From NCBI GenBank assembly GCA_036374435.1, contig DASUTU010000057.1, forward strand, positions 1 through 63,957: a DNA stretch of 63,957 bases. Reading direction: 5' to 3'. Both the position numbers and the translations under genes were made by a program. The notes under the pieces are model-generated. The model worked only from the letters and a program-made list of their open reading frames with translations, did no database searches and was not told the origin of the DNA. Positions within the stretch are counted from its first letter, which is position 1. Every line of letters begins with the position of its first letter. This document shows positions 21,262 to 30,910 of this stretch, in pieces. Origin of the DNA: Actinomycetota bacterium. Its GTDB lineage: Bacteria > Actinomycetota > UBA4738 > HRBIN12.

Positions 21262-24018
21262 TCAGGACGGCGGCTTCTCCGCCAGCATCTGGCGGAGCAC
21301 CATCTGGAGGATGCCGCCGTGGCGGTAGTAGTCGACCTCGGCCGCGCCGTCGATCCGCACGAGAGCGCGGAACCGGGTCTGGCCGCCGTCCTCGCGCGCC
21401 GCCACCACGTCGACCTCCTGGCCGGGCGTGACCCCGCCCTCGAGCGCGGTGATCGTGAATCGCTCGGTGCCCGAGAGGCCGAGCGTCTTGGCGTTCTCGC
21501 CGTCGGCGTACTGGAGCGGCAGGACTCCCATGCCGACCAGGTTGCTCCGGTGGATCCGCTCGAAGCTCTCGGCCAGGACGGCCCGGACGCCGAGGAGCGA
21601 CGGCCCCTTGGCCGCCCAGTCCCGCGAGGAGCCGCTGCCGTACTCCTTCCCCGCGAAGACCACCAGCGGCACGCCGAGGTCCCGGTACCGCAACGCCGCG
21701 TCGTAGATCTCGACCTGGTTCCCGGACGGGAACATGGTCGTCCACGGCCCCTCGGCCCCCGGCGCGAGCTCGTTGCGCAGCCGCACGTTGGCGAACGTGC
21801 CTCGCATCATCACGTGGTGGTTGCCGCGGCGCGCCCCGTAGCTGTTGAAGTCGCGCTGGGCCACGCCCCGCTCGATCAGGAAGCGGCCCGCCGGTGACTC
21901 CGGCTTGATCGACCCGGCCGGAGAGATGTGGTCGGTGGTGATGGAGTCGCCCACCTTGACCAGGCACCGGGCGTCGACGACGTCGCCGGGCTCGGGCGGC
22001 TCGGGGGCGAGCGCGGAGAAGAACGGCGGCTCCTGGACGTAGGTCGAGCCCGGATCCCACTCGTACAGGGGGCCGGTCGGCGACGGCAGGGCGTTCCAAC
22101 GTTCGTCGCCCTCGAAGATCCTGCCGTACTCCCGGCGGAACTGGCCGGGATCCACCGACGCCGCGACGGCCTCTCGGACCTCGTCGGCGCTCGGCCACAG
22201 GTCGCGGAGGTAGACCGGCTCGCCGCCCGGGGCGTACCCGAGGGGCTCGGTGGTGACGTCCACGCCCACGTGACCCGCGAGCGCATAGGCCACGCACAGC
22301 GGCGGCGAGGCCAGGTAGCTGGCCCGGACCAGCGGGTGGATCCGACCCTCGAAGTTCCGATTGCCCGAGAGCACCGCCACCACCGCCAGGTCCTCCTCGG
22401 CCACGGCGTGTGCCACCTCGTCGGGCAGCGGCCCCGAGTTCCCGATGCACGTCGTGCACCCGAAGCCGACCAGCGAGAACCCCAGCTTGTCCAGGTACGG
22501 CTGGAGCCCGGCGGCGTCAAGGTATTCGGTGACGACCCGCGAGCCGGGGGCGAGCGAGGTCTTGACCCACGGCTTGGACTCGAGCCCGGCCTCGACCGCC
22601 TTCTTGGCCAGCAGGCCGGCGGCGAGCATCACGGTGGGGTTCGACGTGTTCGTGCAGCTCGTGATGGCCGCGATGACCACCGAGCCGTGGCGCACCGGGC
22701 CCTGGTTCGGGACTCGGGAATCCGTCACCTCCACCGTTCGGTCGGTGTCGACGATCGGCTCGACCGGGCCGGTCTGGCCGCCTCCCTCCTCGAAGAAGTC
22801 GGACACCTGGAGCGCCGGGGCGTCCGGGCCCAGGCGCTCCTGGAACGCCTCGACGAACGAGCCCCACACGTTCGGAAGCGGGACCCGGTCCTGCGGGCGC
22901 TTCGGGCCCGCCACCGACGGCTCGATCGCCGACAGGTCCAGGTCGAGGACCTCGCTGAAGTCCGGCTCGCGATCCCCGTCGCGGCGGAACAGGCCCTGCT
23001 CCTTGGTGTACCGCTCGACCAGGTCGACGCGGTCCTCCCGGCCGGTGAACCGCAGGTACCGAAGGGTCTCGTCGTCCACCGGGAAGAACGCGGCCGTGGC
23101 GCCGTATTCGGGACACATGTTCGAGAGCGTGGCCCGGTCGGCGAGCTCCAGGGTGGACAGGCCGTCCCCGAAGAACTCGACGAACGTGCCCACCACGCCG
23201 TGCGCCCGGAGCATCTGGGTGAGCGTCAACACGAGGTCCGTCGCCGTCGTCCCCGCCGGCAGCGCTCCCGAGACGCGAACGCCGATCACGACGGGCCGGG
23301 GCAGGAACATCGGCTGGCCCAGCATGGCGGCCTCGGCCTCGATGCCGCCGACCCCCCAGCCGAGCACTCCCAGGCCGTTGATCATCGTGGTGTGCGAGTC
23401 GGTCCCGACCAGCGTGTCGGGCATGGCCACGCCGTCTCGCTCGGCGACCACCTTCCCCAGGTGCTCGAGATTGACCTGGTGGCAGATCCCGGCGCCTGGC
23501 GGGACGACCCGCATGCCGTCGAACGCCTGCTGCGCCCATCGCAGCAGCGCGTAGCGCTCGCCGTTACGGCGGTACTCCCACTCGATGTTGGCCTCGTACG
23601 CGGCGGGCGAGCGGAACAGGTCCACCTGCACCGAGTGGTCGATGATGAGGTCGACGTCGACGAGCGGATTCACCCGCGCCGGGTCGCCGCCGGCCCGCGC
23701 CATGGCCGAGCGCATCGCGGCCAGGTCCACCACGGCGGGGACGCCCGTGAAGTCCTGCATGAGGACCCGGCTGGGCATGAACGCGAGCTTGGCCTCCGCG
23801 GCAACCTCGGGCCAGGACGCGAGCGCGAGCACGTCGTCGTCGGCCACGTCGCGGGTCCCGGCTCGGCGCAGGAGGTTCTCCAGCAGGATCCGGATCGTGT
23901 GGGGGAGCCGATCGAGGTTCCCATGCCCCTGCTCTCCCAGCCAGGAGAGCCGGAACAGATCGACCGCACCGCCGCCGGCCTGCAGTCGTCCCTTCGCGCC
24001 CGCGAGTCCCGAGTTCAT
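21262..24018 (-). CDS. acnA: Aconitate hydratase A
   Basis: MQDFTGVP, IDHSVQVD, GTDSHT, AAITSCTNTSN, GCTTCIGNSG, TTDHISPAG, GSGSSRDWAAKG. Confidence 0.97.
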   Translation of the reverse strand: MNSGLAGAKGRLQAGGGAVDLFRLSWLGEQGHGNLDRLPHTIRILLENLLRRAGTRDVADDDVLALASWPEVAAEAKLAFMPSRVLMQDFTGVPAVVDLAAMRSAMARAGGDPARVNPLVDVDLIIDHSVQVDLFRSPAAYEANIEWEYRRNGERYALLRWAQQAFDGMRVVPPGAGICHQVNLEHLGKVVAERDGVAMPDTLVGTDSHTTMINGLGVLGWGVGGIEAEAAMLGQPMFLPRPVVIGVRVSGALPAGTTATDLVLTLTQMLRAHGVVGTFVEFFGDGLSTLELADRATLSNMCPEYGATAAFFPVDDETLRYLRFTGREDRVDLVERYTKEQGLFRRDGDREPDFSEVLDLDLSAIEPSVAGPKRPQDRVPLPNVWGSFVEAFQERLGPDAPALQVSDFFEEGGGQTGPVEPIVDTDRTVEVTDSRVPNQGPVRHGSVVIAAITSCTNTSNPTVMLAAGLLAKKAVEAGLESKPWVKTSLAPGSRVVTEYLDAAGLQPYLDKLGFSLVGFGCTTCIGNSGPLPDEVAHAVAEEDLAVVAVLSGNRNFEGRIHPLVRASYLASPPLCVAYALAGHVGVDVTTEPLGYAPGGEPVYLRDLWPSADEVREAVAASVDPGQFRREYGRIFEGDERWNALPSPTGPLYEWDPGSTYVQEPPFFSALAPEPPEPGDVVDARCLVKVGDSITTDHISPAGSIKPESPAGRFLIERGVAQRDFNSYGARRGNHHVMMRGTFANVRLRNELAPGAEGPWTTMFPSGNQVEIYDAALRYRDLGVPLVVFAGKEYGSGSSRDWAAKGPSLLGVRAVLAESFERIHRSNLVGMGVLPLQYADGENAKTLGLSGTERFTITALEGGVTPGQEVDVVAAREDGGQTRFRALVRIDGAAEVDYYRHGGILQMVLRQMLAEKPPS

Positions 24019-24566
24019 GTCAAACCTCCCGCGCCGGACGGGTTCCCTTCCATCGTCCCAGACTCGCCGCGCTCGGCCTCGCGGCGGTGGTCGAGGATGG
24101 CCTGCCGGTGCGCGAGCCGCGTCCGGCGCCGCATCTTCGCCTCACGCATGCGGCGTCGCTGCACGTCGGTCTCGGCGATCAGCGGCGGGATGGGTCGCGG
24201 CTTGCCGTCCTCGTCGAGGGCCACGAACACGAGATAGGCGCTCGAGGTGTGCCGGCGTTCGCCGGAGATCACGTCTTCGACCTCGACCCGGACCCCGACC
24301 TCGAGCGACGTGGTGCCCACGTCGTTGACGGAGGCCCGGACGGTCACCAGGTCGCCGACGTGCACCGGATGCAGGAACGACATCTCGTCGATCGAGACCG
24401 TCACGCACATGCCGCCGGCGTGTTTGATGGCGACGATCCCGGCCGCCGTGTCCACGAGCTTCATGACCTCGCCGCCGTGCACGATCCCGGCGATGTTGGC
24501 GTGGGCGATCTCCATGAGCTGGGCGAGCGTCGTCTGGGACACCGTCACCGCCTTGCCGTCGGACAT
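24015..24566 (-). CDS. Acyl-CoA thioesterase (hotdog fold, YciA/BFIT type)
   Basis: ANIAGIVHGGEVMKLVDTAAG, VTVSIDEMSFLHPV, AYLVFVALD; stop overlaps the acnA start. Confidence 0.9.
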   Translation of the reverse strand: MSDGKAVTVSQTTLAQLMEIAHANIAGIVHGGEVMKLVDTAAGIVAIKHAGGMCVTVSIDEMSFLHPVHVGDLVTVRASVNDVGTTSLEVGVRVEVEDVISGERRHTSSAYLVFVALDEDGKPRPIPPLIAETDVQRRRMREAKMRRRTRLAHRQAILDHRREAERGESGTMEGNPSGAGGLT

Positions 24567-24596
24567 GGGGCGGATGGTAACGACTGGCTCGGTAGC

Positions 24597-25436
24597 ATGA
24601 AGTCGGTGCGCCGCCTCCCGCTCCTGCTTGCCCTCGTCCTCGTGCTCGCGTCCTGCCAGGACGGGGCCTCCCCCGATCGCCCCAGCCGTCCAGGCCGCGC
24701 GCAGGGCACGGCGACGCCCGAGCCGGACTCCCCCGCCCCGACCGGGACCCCCACCAGGCCGCAGGGCCCCCCGTCGGCGCCGGGGCCGGACGTGAACGTC
24801 CCCGACGACGCCCCGACGAGCCTGAGCGACCCCGAGGACCTGGCCAGGATCCCCGAGGACCTCCCGACGCTGATCGAGGGCAGCGGGAACATCCAGGTCT
24901 TCGTGCCGCCGGACGCCTTCGTCACCGACGCCGTGGTCCGGGCCAGGCCGGACGACCCGCTCGACCTGGTGGCCCTGACGTGGCGACGGGGCACCGATCC
25001 GCTGGCGGCGGAGACGGGGTTCGTGTTGTGGCAGCGGTTCGCCGACAACCCGCCGTGGCGCGCGACCTACGCCTTCACGAACCAGCCACGGCGCGAGGTC
25101 CTCGGCATCCGGCTGTCCGCGGGCGACGTCACCGGCGACGGCATCCCGGACGTCGTCACGTTCGAGGAGCGGGGCGGCACCGGCGCCTGCGGCACCTGGA
25201 AGACCCTCGCCGTCGCAGACGGCGGCGCCGAGCAGATCCTGAAGCGCCAAACGTGTGACGCCGCGCTCCACGTTCGCGACGGGTTCCTGGAGCTCCAGCA
25301 GGCCGTGTACGGTCCCGACGACCCCCACTGCTGCCCCCGAGGCCACCGGTTCACGACGCTCGAGTGGGACGGCAGTCGCTTCGTCAAGACCGACAGCCGG
25401 TTCGAGGAACAGCCGGAACTCGACGAGGACGAGTAG
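24597..25436 (+). CDS. Putative lipoprotein with a Pro-rich linker
   Basis: MKSVRRLPLLLALVLVLASC lipobox; DVTGDGIPD motif; DDPHCCP motif. Confidence 0.7.
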   Translation: MKSVRRLPLLLALVLVLASCQDGASPDRPSRPGRAQGTATPEPDSPAPTGTPTRPQGPPSAPGPDVNVPDDAPTSLSDPEDLARIPEDLPTLIEGSGNIQVFVPPDAFVTDAVVRARPDDPLDLVALTWRRGTDPLAAETGFVLWQRFADNPPWRATYAFTNQPRREVLGIRLSAGDVTGDGIPDVVTFEERGGTGACGTWKTLAVADGGAEQILKRQTCDAALHVRDGFLELQQAVYGPDDPHCCPRGHRFTTLEWDGSRFVKTDSRFEEQPELDEDE

Positions 25437-25469
25437 CCGCCGCGCCGGCGGCGCCCTCACCAGGCGCCC

Positions 25470-28049
25470 TCACCTCACGACGCGGACCGAGCTCCCCCGG
25501 GGCGACTTCTCGATCTCGACGCGGGCGGGGAGCCGGATGGCCAGCTCCTGGACGTGGGTGATGACCCCGACCATGCGCCCGTCGCCGCCGAGCTGCTCGA
25601 TGGCCTCGACCACGACCTCGAGCGACTCGTGGTCGAGGGTGCCGAATCCTTCGTCGAGGAACAGCGAGTCCAGCCGGGCCTTCTCGGTCACGGCGAGCGA
25701 CCGCACCTGCTCCGAGAGGGCGAGCGCGAGCGCGAGCGACGCGAGGAACGTCTCCCCGCCCGAGAGCGTCCTGGCGCTCCGGCGCTCCTCGCCGTTCCAC
25801 GTGTCGACGACGGAGAACTCGTCGTCGGCGTATTCGAGGCGGTACCGCCCCTGGGACAACGCCGACAGGCGCTCCGAGCCCGCCGCGGCGAGCACCTGGA
25901 GGGCCTCCACCTGGAGGAACGCGATCAGCCGGTCCTGACGGAGCTCGCGGGCCAGGGCGTCGAAGACCTCGGCGCGCGTCCGGGCCCCGGTGATCTGCTC
26001 CACGATCGCCTCCGCGTTGGCGAGCTTCTCGGCGGCGGCCGCGGCCCGGTCGGCGGCCGTGGCGGCCTCGCGCGCCGCGGCGGTCCGGGTGGCCGACGCG
26101 AGCTCCAGGACCTCGGCCACGGTGAGGCCGTCGAGGTCAGCATCGACGAACCCATCGAGGTGGCCGGCGGCCTCGAGCGCCACCTCTCGCTCGCCGGCGA
26201 TACGGTCCGCCGCGGCCCGGGCGAGGGTGTCGGCCGACCGCTCGAACAGGGACGCCAGCGCTCCGGACGCAACCGCGAGCGCGGCGGCGTCCTCCTTCCC
26301 GGTGAGCGGCGGCGGCGCGTCCTCGACGCCGTCGGCGAGCGACCGCGCACGCTCCAGCAGCCCCGCGACGGCGAGCCCGCCGATCCGCCCGCGCGCCTCG
26401 GCGAGCTCGGTGGCGAGCCCGTCCCGCTCGCGTTCGGCCTCGGCGAGCTCGCGCCGTAGCTCCTCGAGGTCCCCCTCCGCCTCCCCCTGGGCCGCCTCGA
26501 GCTCCTCCAGCCGCTCGAGGCGTTCGTCGATGGTCGCGAGCGGGTCCGCCGGGAGCTTCGGCCCGAGGGCCGTGGCCAGGTCGGCCTCGAGCCGCGCCAC
26601 GTCGGTCCGCGCCCTGGCCGCCGCCTTCGCGCACCGCTCGGCCTCCTGTTCGGCCGCCTCCACGGCCGCGGCGGCTCGGTCACGGGCGCGTTCGGCCTCG
26701 GCGAGCGCCTGCTGGGCCCTCTTCGCCGCGGCGCTCGCCCGGTCGAGCGCGACCCGCGCCCGGTCCAGCGAGGGCGCCTTCGGCGCCTTGGGGAGCGTGG
26801 CGATCTTCGCCCCGCAGACGGGGCAGGCGTCGCCGACGTGCACCCCGGCGCGCACCGCGGCGACGAGGTTCGCGTGTTGCGCCTCGTCCAGCGCGGACCG
26901 GGCGCCCTCGAACGCGTCGATCGCCGCCTCGGCGTCGGCCACGGCGACGGTGACGGCCGCCTCGGTCGCCGCCGAGGCGGCCCGCAGCGCCGGGATGGCC
27001 TGCTCCGCGGCGGCGAGCTCCTCCTCGGCCTCGGCGAGCGCGACACGGGCGTCGACGAACGTCTCCGCCTTCACGCGCACGGCGACCAGCTCGACCGTGC
27101 GCCCCCAGGCCGACTCGGCCTTCTCGCGGGCTGCCGTCGCCTTCGCCGCGGCCCGCTCCCGCGCGACGACGGCCTTCTTCCGCTCGTCGACCTCGGCCGC
27201 GATCGAGGCGGTCCGGGCCGCGAGGTCCCCGAGCGCGTCCGCCACCCCGGCCGCGACGCCCCGCGCGTCGCGGAGGTCGCGTTCGCACGCCTCCAGGTCG
27301 GCGATGGCGCGGGCGCTCTCCGACCAGCGGTCGTGCACCTCCCGCACGGTCGTCTCGGCTGCCGCCAGCGCCTCCTCCCGGTGCGCCGCCGCCTTCGCCA
27401 CCGCCTCCGCCTCGGCCACCGCGTCCGGGGAGACGCCCGCGTATTCGGTCTCGAGCACGGACGACTTCGCCCGGACGTCCGCCTCGGCCTGACGTTTGAC
27501 CTCCCCGGCCCGTCTGCCCAGGCGCTCGAACAGCTCGAGCCCGAGGAGATCGGTGAGGATGTCGCGCCGCTGCCGGGCCTCACCCACGAGGAACTCGGCG
27601 AAGCGTCCCTGGGGCAACAGGACCGTCCGGGTGAAGGCCTCGTAGTCGAGGCCGACGGCGCGTTCGATCATCTGGTTGGCCGTGCCGACCCGGTCGGCCC
27701 CCTCGCCGGCCTGCACCCACCCGTCGCCTTCGCCGCGCTCCAGCAGTACCTGCGTCGCGCCTTTCGCCGAGGTCCGGCGCGCCACGCGGTATCGCGCGTC
27801 GTCCACGGCGAACTCGAAGATCACCGCCATGGTCGGCTGGCCCTGGCTGATGAGCTGGTGCAGGCCCTGCTTGCCGATGCGCTCGACCCGCCCGAAGAGG
27901 GCGTACGTGACCGCGTCCAGGATCGACGACTTGCCCGAGCCGGTCGGGCCGCTGATCGCGAACAGATCGAGCTCGTGCCCCTCGAAGTCGATGGTCTGGG
28001 TGTCGCGGTAGGCGGTGAAGCTCTTGACCTCGAGCCGGATCGGTCTCAT
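25470..28049 (-). CDS. sbcC: SbcC/Rad50 SMC-family ATPase
   Basis: Walker A GPTGSGKS, Q-loop LPQG, Zn-hook CPVCG within a long coiled coil, LSGGE signature, LFLDEGFGTLD, ITH. Confidence 0.92.
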   Translation of the reverse strand: MRPIRLEVKSFTAYRDTQTIDFEGHELDLFAISGPTGSGKSSILDAVTYALFGRVERIGKQGLHQLISQGQPTMAVIFEFAVDDARYRVARRTSAKGATQVLLERGEGDGWVQAGEGADRVGTANQMIERAVGLDYEAFTRTVLLPQGRFAEFLVGEARQRRDILTDLLGLELFERLGRRAGEVKRQAEADVRAKSSVLETEYAGVSPDAVAEAEAVAKAAAHREEALAAAETTVREVHDRWSESARAIADLEACERDLRDARGVAAGVADALGDLAARTASIAAEVDERKKAVVARERAAAKATAAREKAESAWGRTVELVAVRVKAETFVDARVALAEAEEELAAAEQAIPALRAASAATEAAVTVAVADAEAAIDAFEGARSALDEAQHANLVAAVRAGVHVGDACPVCGAKIATLPKAPKAPSLDRARVALDRASAAAKRAQQALAEAERARDRAAAAVEAAEQEAERCAKAAARARTDVARLEADLATALGPKLPADPLATIDERLERLEELEAAQGEAEGDLEELRRELAEAERERDGLATELAEARGRIGGLAVAGLLERARSLADGVEDAPPPLTGKEDAAALAVASGALASLFERSADTLARAAADRIAGEREVALEAAGHLDGFVDADLDGLTVAEVLELASATRTAAAREAATAADRAAAAAEKLANAEAIVEQITGARTRAEVFDALARELRQDRLIAFLQVEALQVLAAAGSERLSALSQGRYRLEYADDEFSVVDTWNGEERRSARTLSGGETFLASLALALALSEQVRSLAVTEKARLDSLFLDEGFGTLDHESLEVVVEAIEQLGGDGRMVGVITHVQELAIRLPARVEIEKSPRGSSVRVVR

Positions 28050-29218
28050 GCGGCGCCCTCCGACTCGAGCTCGAGCACCTCGTCGAACGCCTCGAGCAGG
28101 GCCTCCGGCGGCGGCGCGCCGTGGTGGGCCTCGTGGTACGCCACGAACTGGTCGCGCGGGGCGAGCGAGGACAGCGGCTCGCCGCCGCCGCCGTCTCCCT
28201 CGCCCCGCTCGTAGACCAGGTGCACGTCGAGGACGTTCGGCAGCTCGTCGCGGATCCGGTCGGCGATGCCCGGGACCGGCCCCTCGGACTGGACGAACAC
28301 GCGGAGCCAGGCATCGCCCGCGCCGGCCCCCTGGGCCAGGACCTCGTCGAGGGTGCCCCGGAGGTCCTTCAGCGGCCGCCCGCTCGACAGCCGCACCTCG
28401 GTCACCCTGGCCGGCTTCCCGGGTGCGGCGTCGACGACGGTGACGCTCTTGCGCTGGCCGGCCTCGCCGAAGTCGAGCTGGAGCAGCGACCCGGCGAACC
28501 GGGCCGGCGCCGGCGACCCCTTGACGGCCTGCGGCAGGTGCACGTGGCCGAGCGCGACGTACGCCGCCTCGGCCGGCAGCCGCGACGGAGGGACCGCGTA
28601 CGCGATCCCGATCGTGAGCTCGCGTTCGCCGCCGCCCGGCGTCACGAGCGCGCCGTCGGTGAACAGATGGCCGAGCAGGATCGGGATCCGCCCCGGCGTG
28701 AACCCGGACGCCATCGCGCCGAGGAGCTCCCCCATCCCCTGCGCGTAACCCTGATACCAGGCCTCGCCGGCGTCGAACAGGGCCGCGGCGTCGCCGAACC
28801 GGCGCTCGGGCACGAAGGGGACGGCGGCGATCTCGGCCTCGTGCTCCCCATCGCGGCTCGGGACGACGACCACGCCGCCGGCGTCCGGCGGCGCCACCTT
28901 CGGCACGATCTCGATCCCCAGCGGCCGCAGGACCTTCCCGAACGCCGCCAACCGCAGCGGCGAGTCGTGGTTGCCCGGGATCGCCACCACGCGGATCCCG
29001 GCGTCGTGCAGCCGCAGGAACGCGTCGAACACGAGGCCGTCGGCCTCCGGCGCGGGGGCGCGATGTTCGTACAGGTCGCCGGCGATCAGGATGCAGTCGA
29101 CGCCTTCGTCGACGGCGATGCCCACCGCCTCGTCCAGTGCCGCGGAGAACTCCTCGGCCCGAGAGCGCCCGCGGATGGTCTTGCCGACGTGCCAGTCTCC
29201 GGTATGCAGGAACCGCAC
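28046..29218 (-). CDS. sbcD: SbcD/Mre11 metallophosphoesterase nuclease
   Basis: FLHTGDWHVGK, AGDLYE, PGNHDS, GHLF, LGHVH motifs. Confidence 0.93.
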   Translation of the reverse strand: MRFLHTGDWHVGKTIRGRSRAEEFSAALDEAVGIAVDEGVDCILIAGDLYEHRAPAPEADGLVFDAFLRLHDAGIRVVAIPGNHDSPLRLAAFGKVLRPLGIEIVPKVAPPDAGGVVVVPSRDGEHEAEIAAVPFVPERRFGDAAALFDAGEAWYQGYAQGMGELLGAMASGFTPGRIPILLGHLFTDGALVTPGGGERELTIGIAYAVPPSRLPAEAAYVALGHVHLPQAVKGSPAPARFAGSLLQLDFGEAGQRKSVTVVDAAPGKPARVTEVRLSSGRPLKDLRGTLDEVLAQGAGAGDAWLRVFVQSEGPVPGIADRIRDELPNVLDVHLVYERGEGDGGGGEPLSSLAPRDQFVAYHEAHHGAPPPEALLEAFDEVLELESEGAA

Positions 29219-30909
29219 TACTCGCCCTCGAAGCGGTCGAACACCTTGGCACCCTCGCCGGCCGGCTCGGCCTCGTCGGCGCGGGTCGCCCACGACGGGA
29301 ACGGGAAGCGGATCTGCAGCGGCACCGGGATATGCGGCTGCTGGAGGATCATGGATCCGGGTTTGAGGATCGACGCCCGCGCCCGGGTGACGGCCGGGAG
29401 GAAGCCGTATTCGCTGCGCGCGGCCTCGGCCGTGTCGAGCCGCCCCACCACCCGGAACGCGCTGTTCGAGATCACGCGCCGCTCGACCTCGGAGGCGGTC
29501 TGCTCGGCGCCCACGAGGATCATGCCGAGCGAACGGCCGCGCTCGGCCACGTCGAGGAGGACCTCCTTGATGGGGCTCCAGCCGTCGCGCGGGGCGTAGC
29601 GGTTCAGCTCGTCCAGGACCAGGAAGGCGAGCGGCTCCCGGCGGCCCATCCGCTCCTTGTGCTCGAACAGCCGCTTGATCACCACGCCGGTCACGAACCG
29701 CTTCGCGCGGTCGTGCAGGTTGTGGATGTCCACCACCGTGACCTGGTTCGCCTCCCAGTCGATCCGGTGGCGCTCGGGATGTTCGGCCTCCCGGCCCACG
29801 ATGAGATGCCCCATGCGGAAGCGCGCCGCGTCGAGGCGGCGCACGAACGCGCTCACGGTGGCGTCGCTGACCCGTCCGCGCCACGGGGAGCCGTCGGTGT
29901 CCACCTCGGTCGCGACGAGGTCGCACAGCTGGCCGAAGTCGGACACGGGGGAGCCCGCGAACGTCACGGTGGCGTCGTTGTCGGGGTCGTCCTCGCACTC
30001 GCGGTCGAGCGCGGCCTCGACCCGCGCCACGAGGTCGGCGATCTGCGAGCGCTCGTCGTCCGCCTCGGCGAACATGAACCGCAGGAACCGCTCGCGGACG
30101 AACTCGCGCACGGTCCACGAATAGGCCGTGACCCCCTCGGAACGGCCCTCGACCTGCGGGATGGCCCGGCCGCCGGCGTCGGGTCGGATCGGCGCCCAGA
30201 GGCCCACGCTCTCGAACGGTCCCGCGGGCAACCCGAGCCGGGCGTAGTCCTCGCGGTCGTCTTGGGTGAGTCGGGCGTTCGGCCGGTCGAGCCACATCAG
30301 GTCCTCGCCCTTGACGTTGAAGACGAGGGCCTTCGTGTTCGGCGCGTACCGTCCGAGCACGTCCGAGTGGAACAAGGCGTAGAGCAGGAACAGGGCGTAG
30401 GTGGTCTTCGTCGCGACGCCGGAGACCCCGCTGATGTTGACGTGGGCGCCGCGGGAGCCGTCGAGGAAGTCCAGGTCGAGGAACACGGGCTCACCGTCGC
30501 GGGTGAGCCCGGCGGCGACGCGCCGCTCCATCTGGTCGAAGTACAAGGCCTCGTCGCGGTCCTTGCCCCGTGCCCGCACCGCCGGCAGGCCGGGCATGGG
30601 CGGCACGAAGACCTCGGGCTCGAACCGGGTGGCGACGACCTGCGCGGCCACGGCCGTGTCGACGGGGAGGACCCCCCGGTCGACCAGGAAGACGTCGGTG
30701 TCGAACTGCACCCCCTCGTGCCGGGCCCGGACGTCCTGGACGATGCCGGAGATCCGAAGCGATCCGCGCCCGGGAACCTCGGTCTCGACGATCACGGCGT
30801 CGTCGAGCTGGAGGTACGCGTCCGGCGCGACGCCCACCCAGAACGTCAGCGGCGTGGCGTCTTCGGTGCCGAGGACCATGCCGACCGGTTCGGAGGTCCC
30901 CTCGATCAC
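29218..30909 (-). CDS. herA: HerA-family DNA translocase/helicase (HAS barrel plus ATPase)
   Basis: N-terminal HAS-like GMVLGT...LQLDDAV; atypical Walker A HVNISGVSGVATKT; Walker B FLVLDELNRYAP; ERGRSLG...AEQ motif. Confidence 0.88.
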   Translation of the reverse strand: MIEGTSEPVGMVLGTEDATPLTFWVGVAPDAYLQLDDAVIVETEVPGRGSLRISGIVQDVRARHEGVQFDTDVFLVDRGVLPVDTAVAAQVVATRFEPEVFVPPMPGLPAVRARGKDRDEALYFDQMERRVAAGLTRDGEPVFLDLDFLDGSRGAHVNISGVSGVATKTTYALFLLYALFHSDVLGRYAPNTKALVFNVKGEDLMWLDRPNARLTQDDREDYARLGLPAGPFESVGLWAPIRPDAGGRAIPQVEGRSEGVTAYSWTVREFVRERFLRFMFAEADDERSQIADLVARVEAALDRECEDDPDNDATVTFAGSPVSDFGQLCDLVATEVDTDGSPWRGRVSDATVSAFVRRLDAARFRMGHLIVGREAEHPERHRIDWEANQVTVVDIHNLHDRAKRFVTGVVIKRLFEHKERMGRREPLAFLVLDELNRYAPRDGWSPIKEVLLDVAERGRSLGMILVGAEQTASEVERRVISNSAFRVVGRLDTAEAARSEYGFLPAVTRARASILKPGSMILQQPHIPVPLQIRFPFPSWATRADEAEPAGEGAKVFDRFEGE

Positions 30910-30910
30910 G

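Noticed and set aside
25800-27500. Low-complexity Ala/Glu/Arg repeats
   Set aside because: Explained by the SbcC coiled-coil coding sequence, not a repeat element
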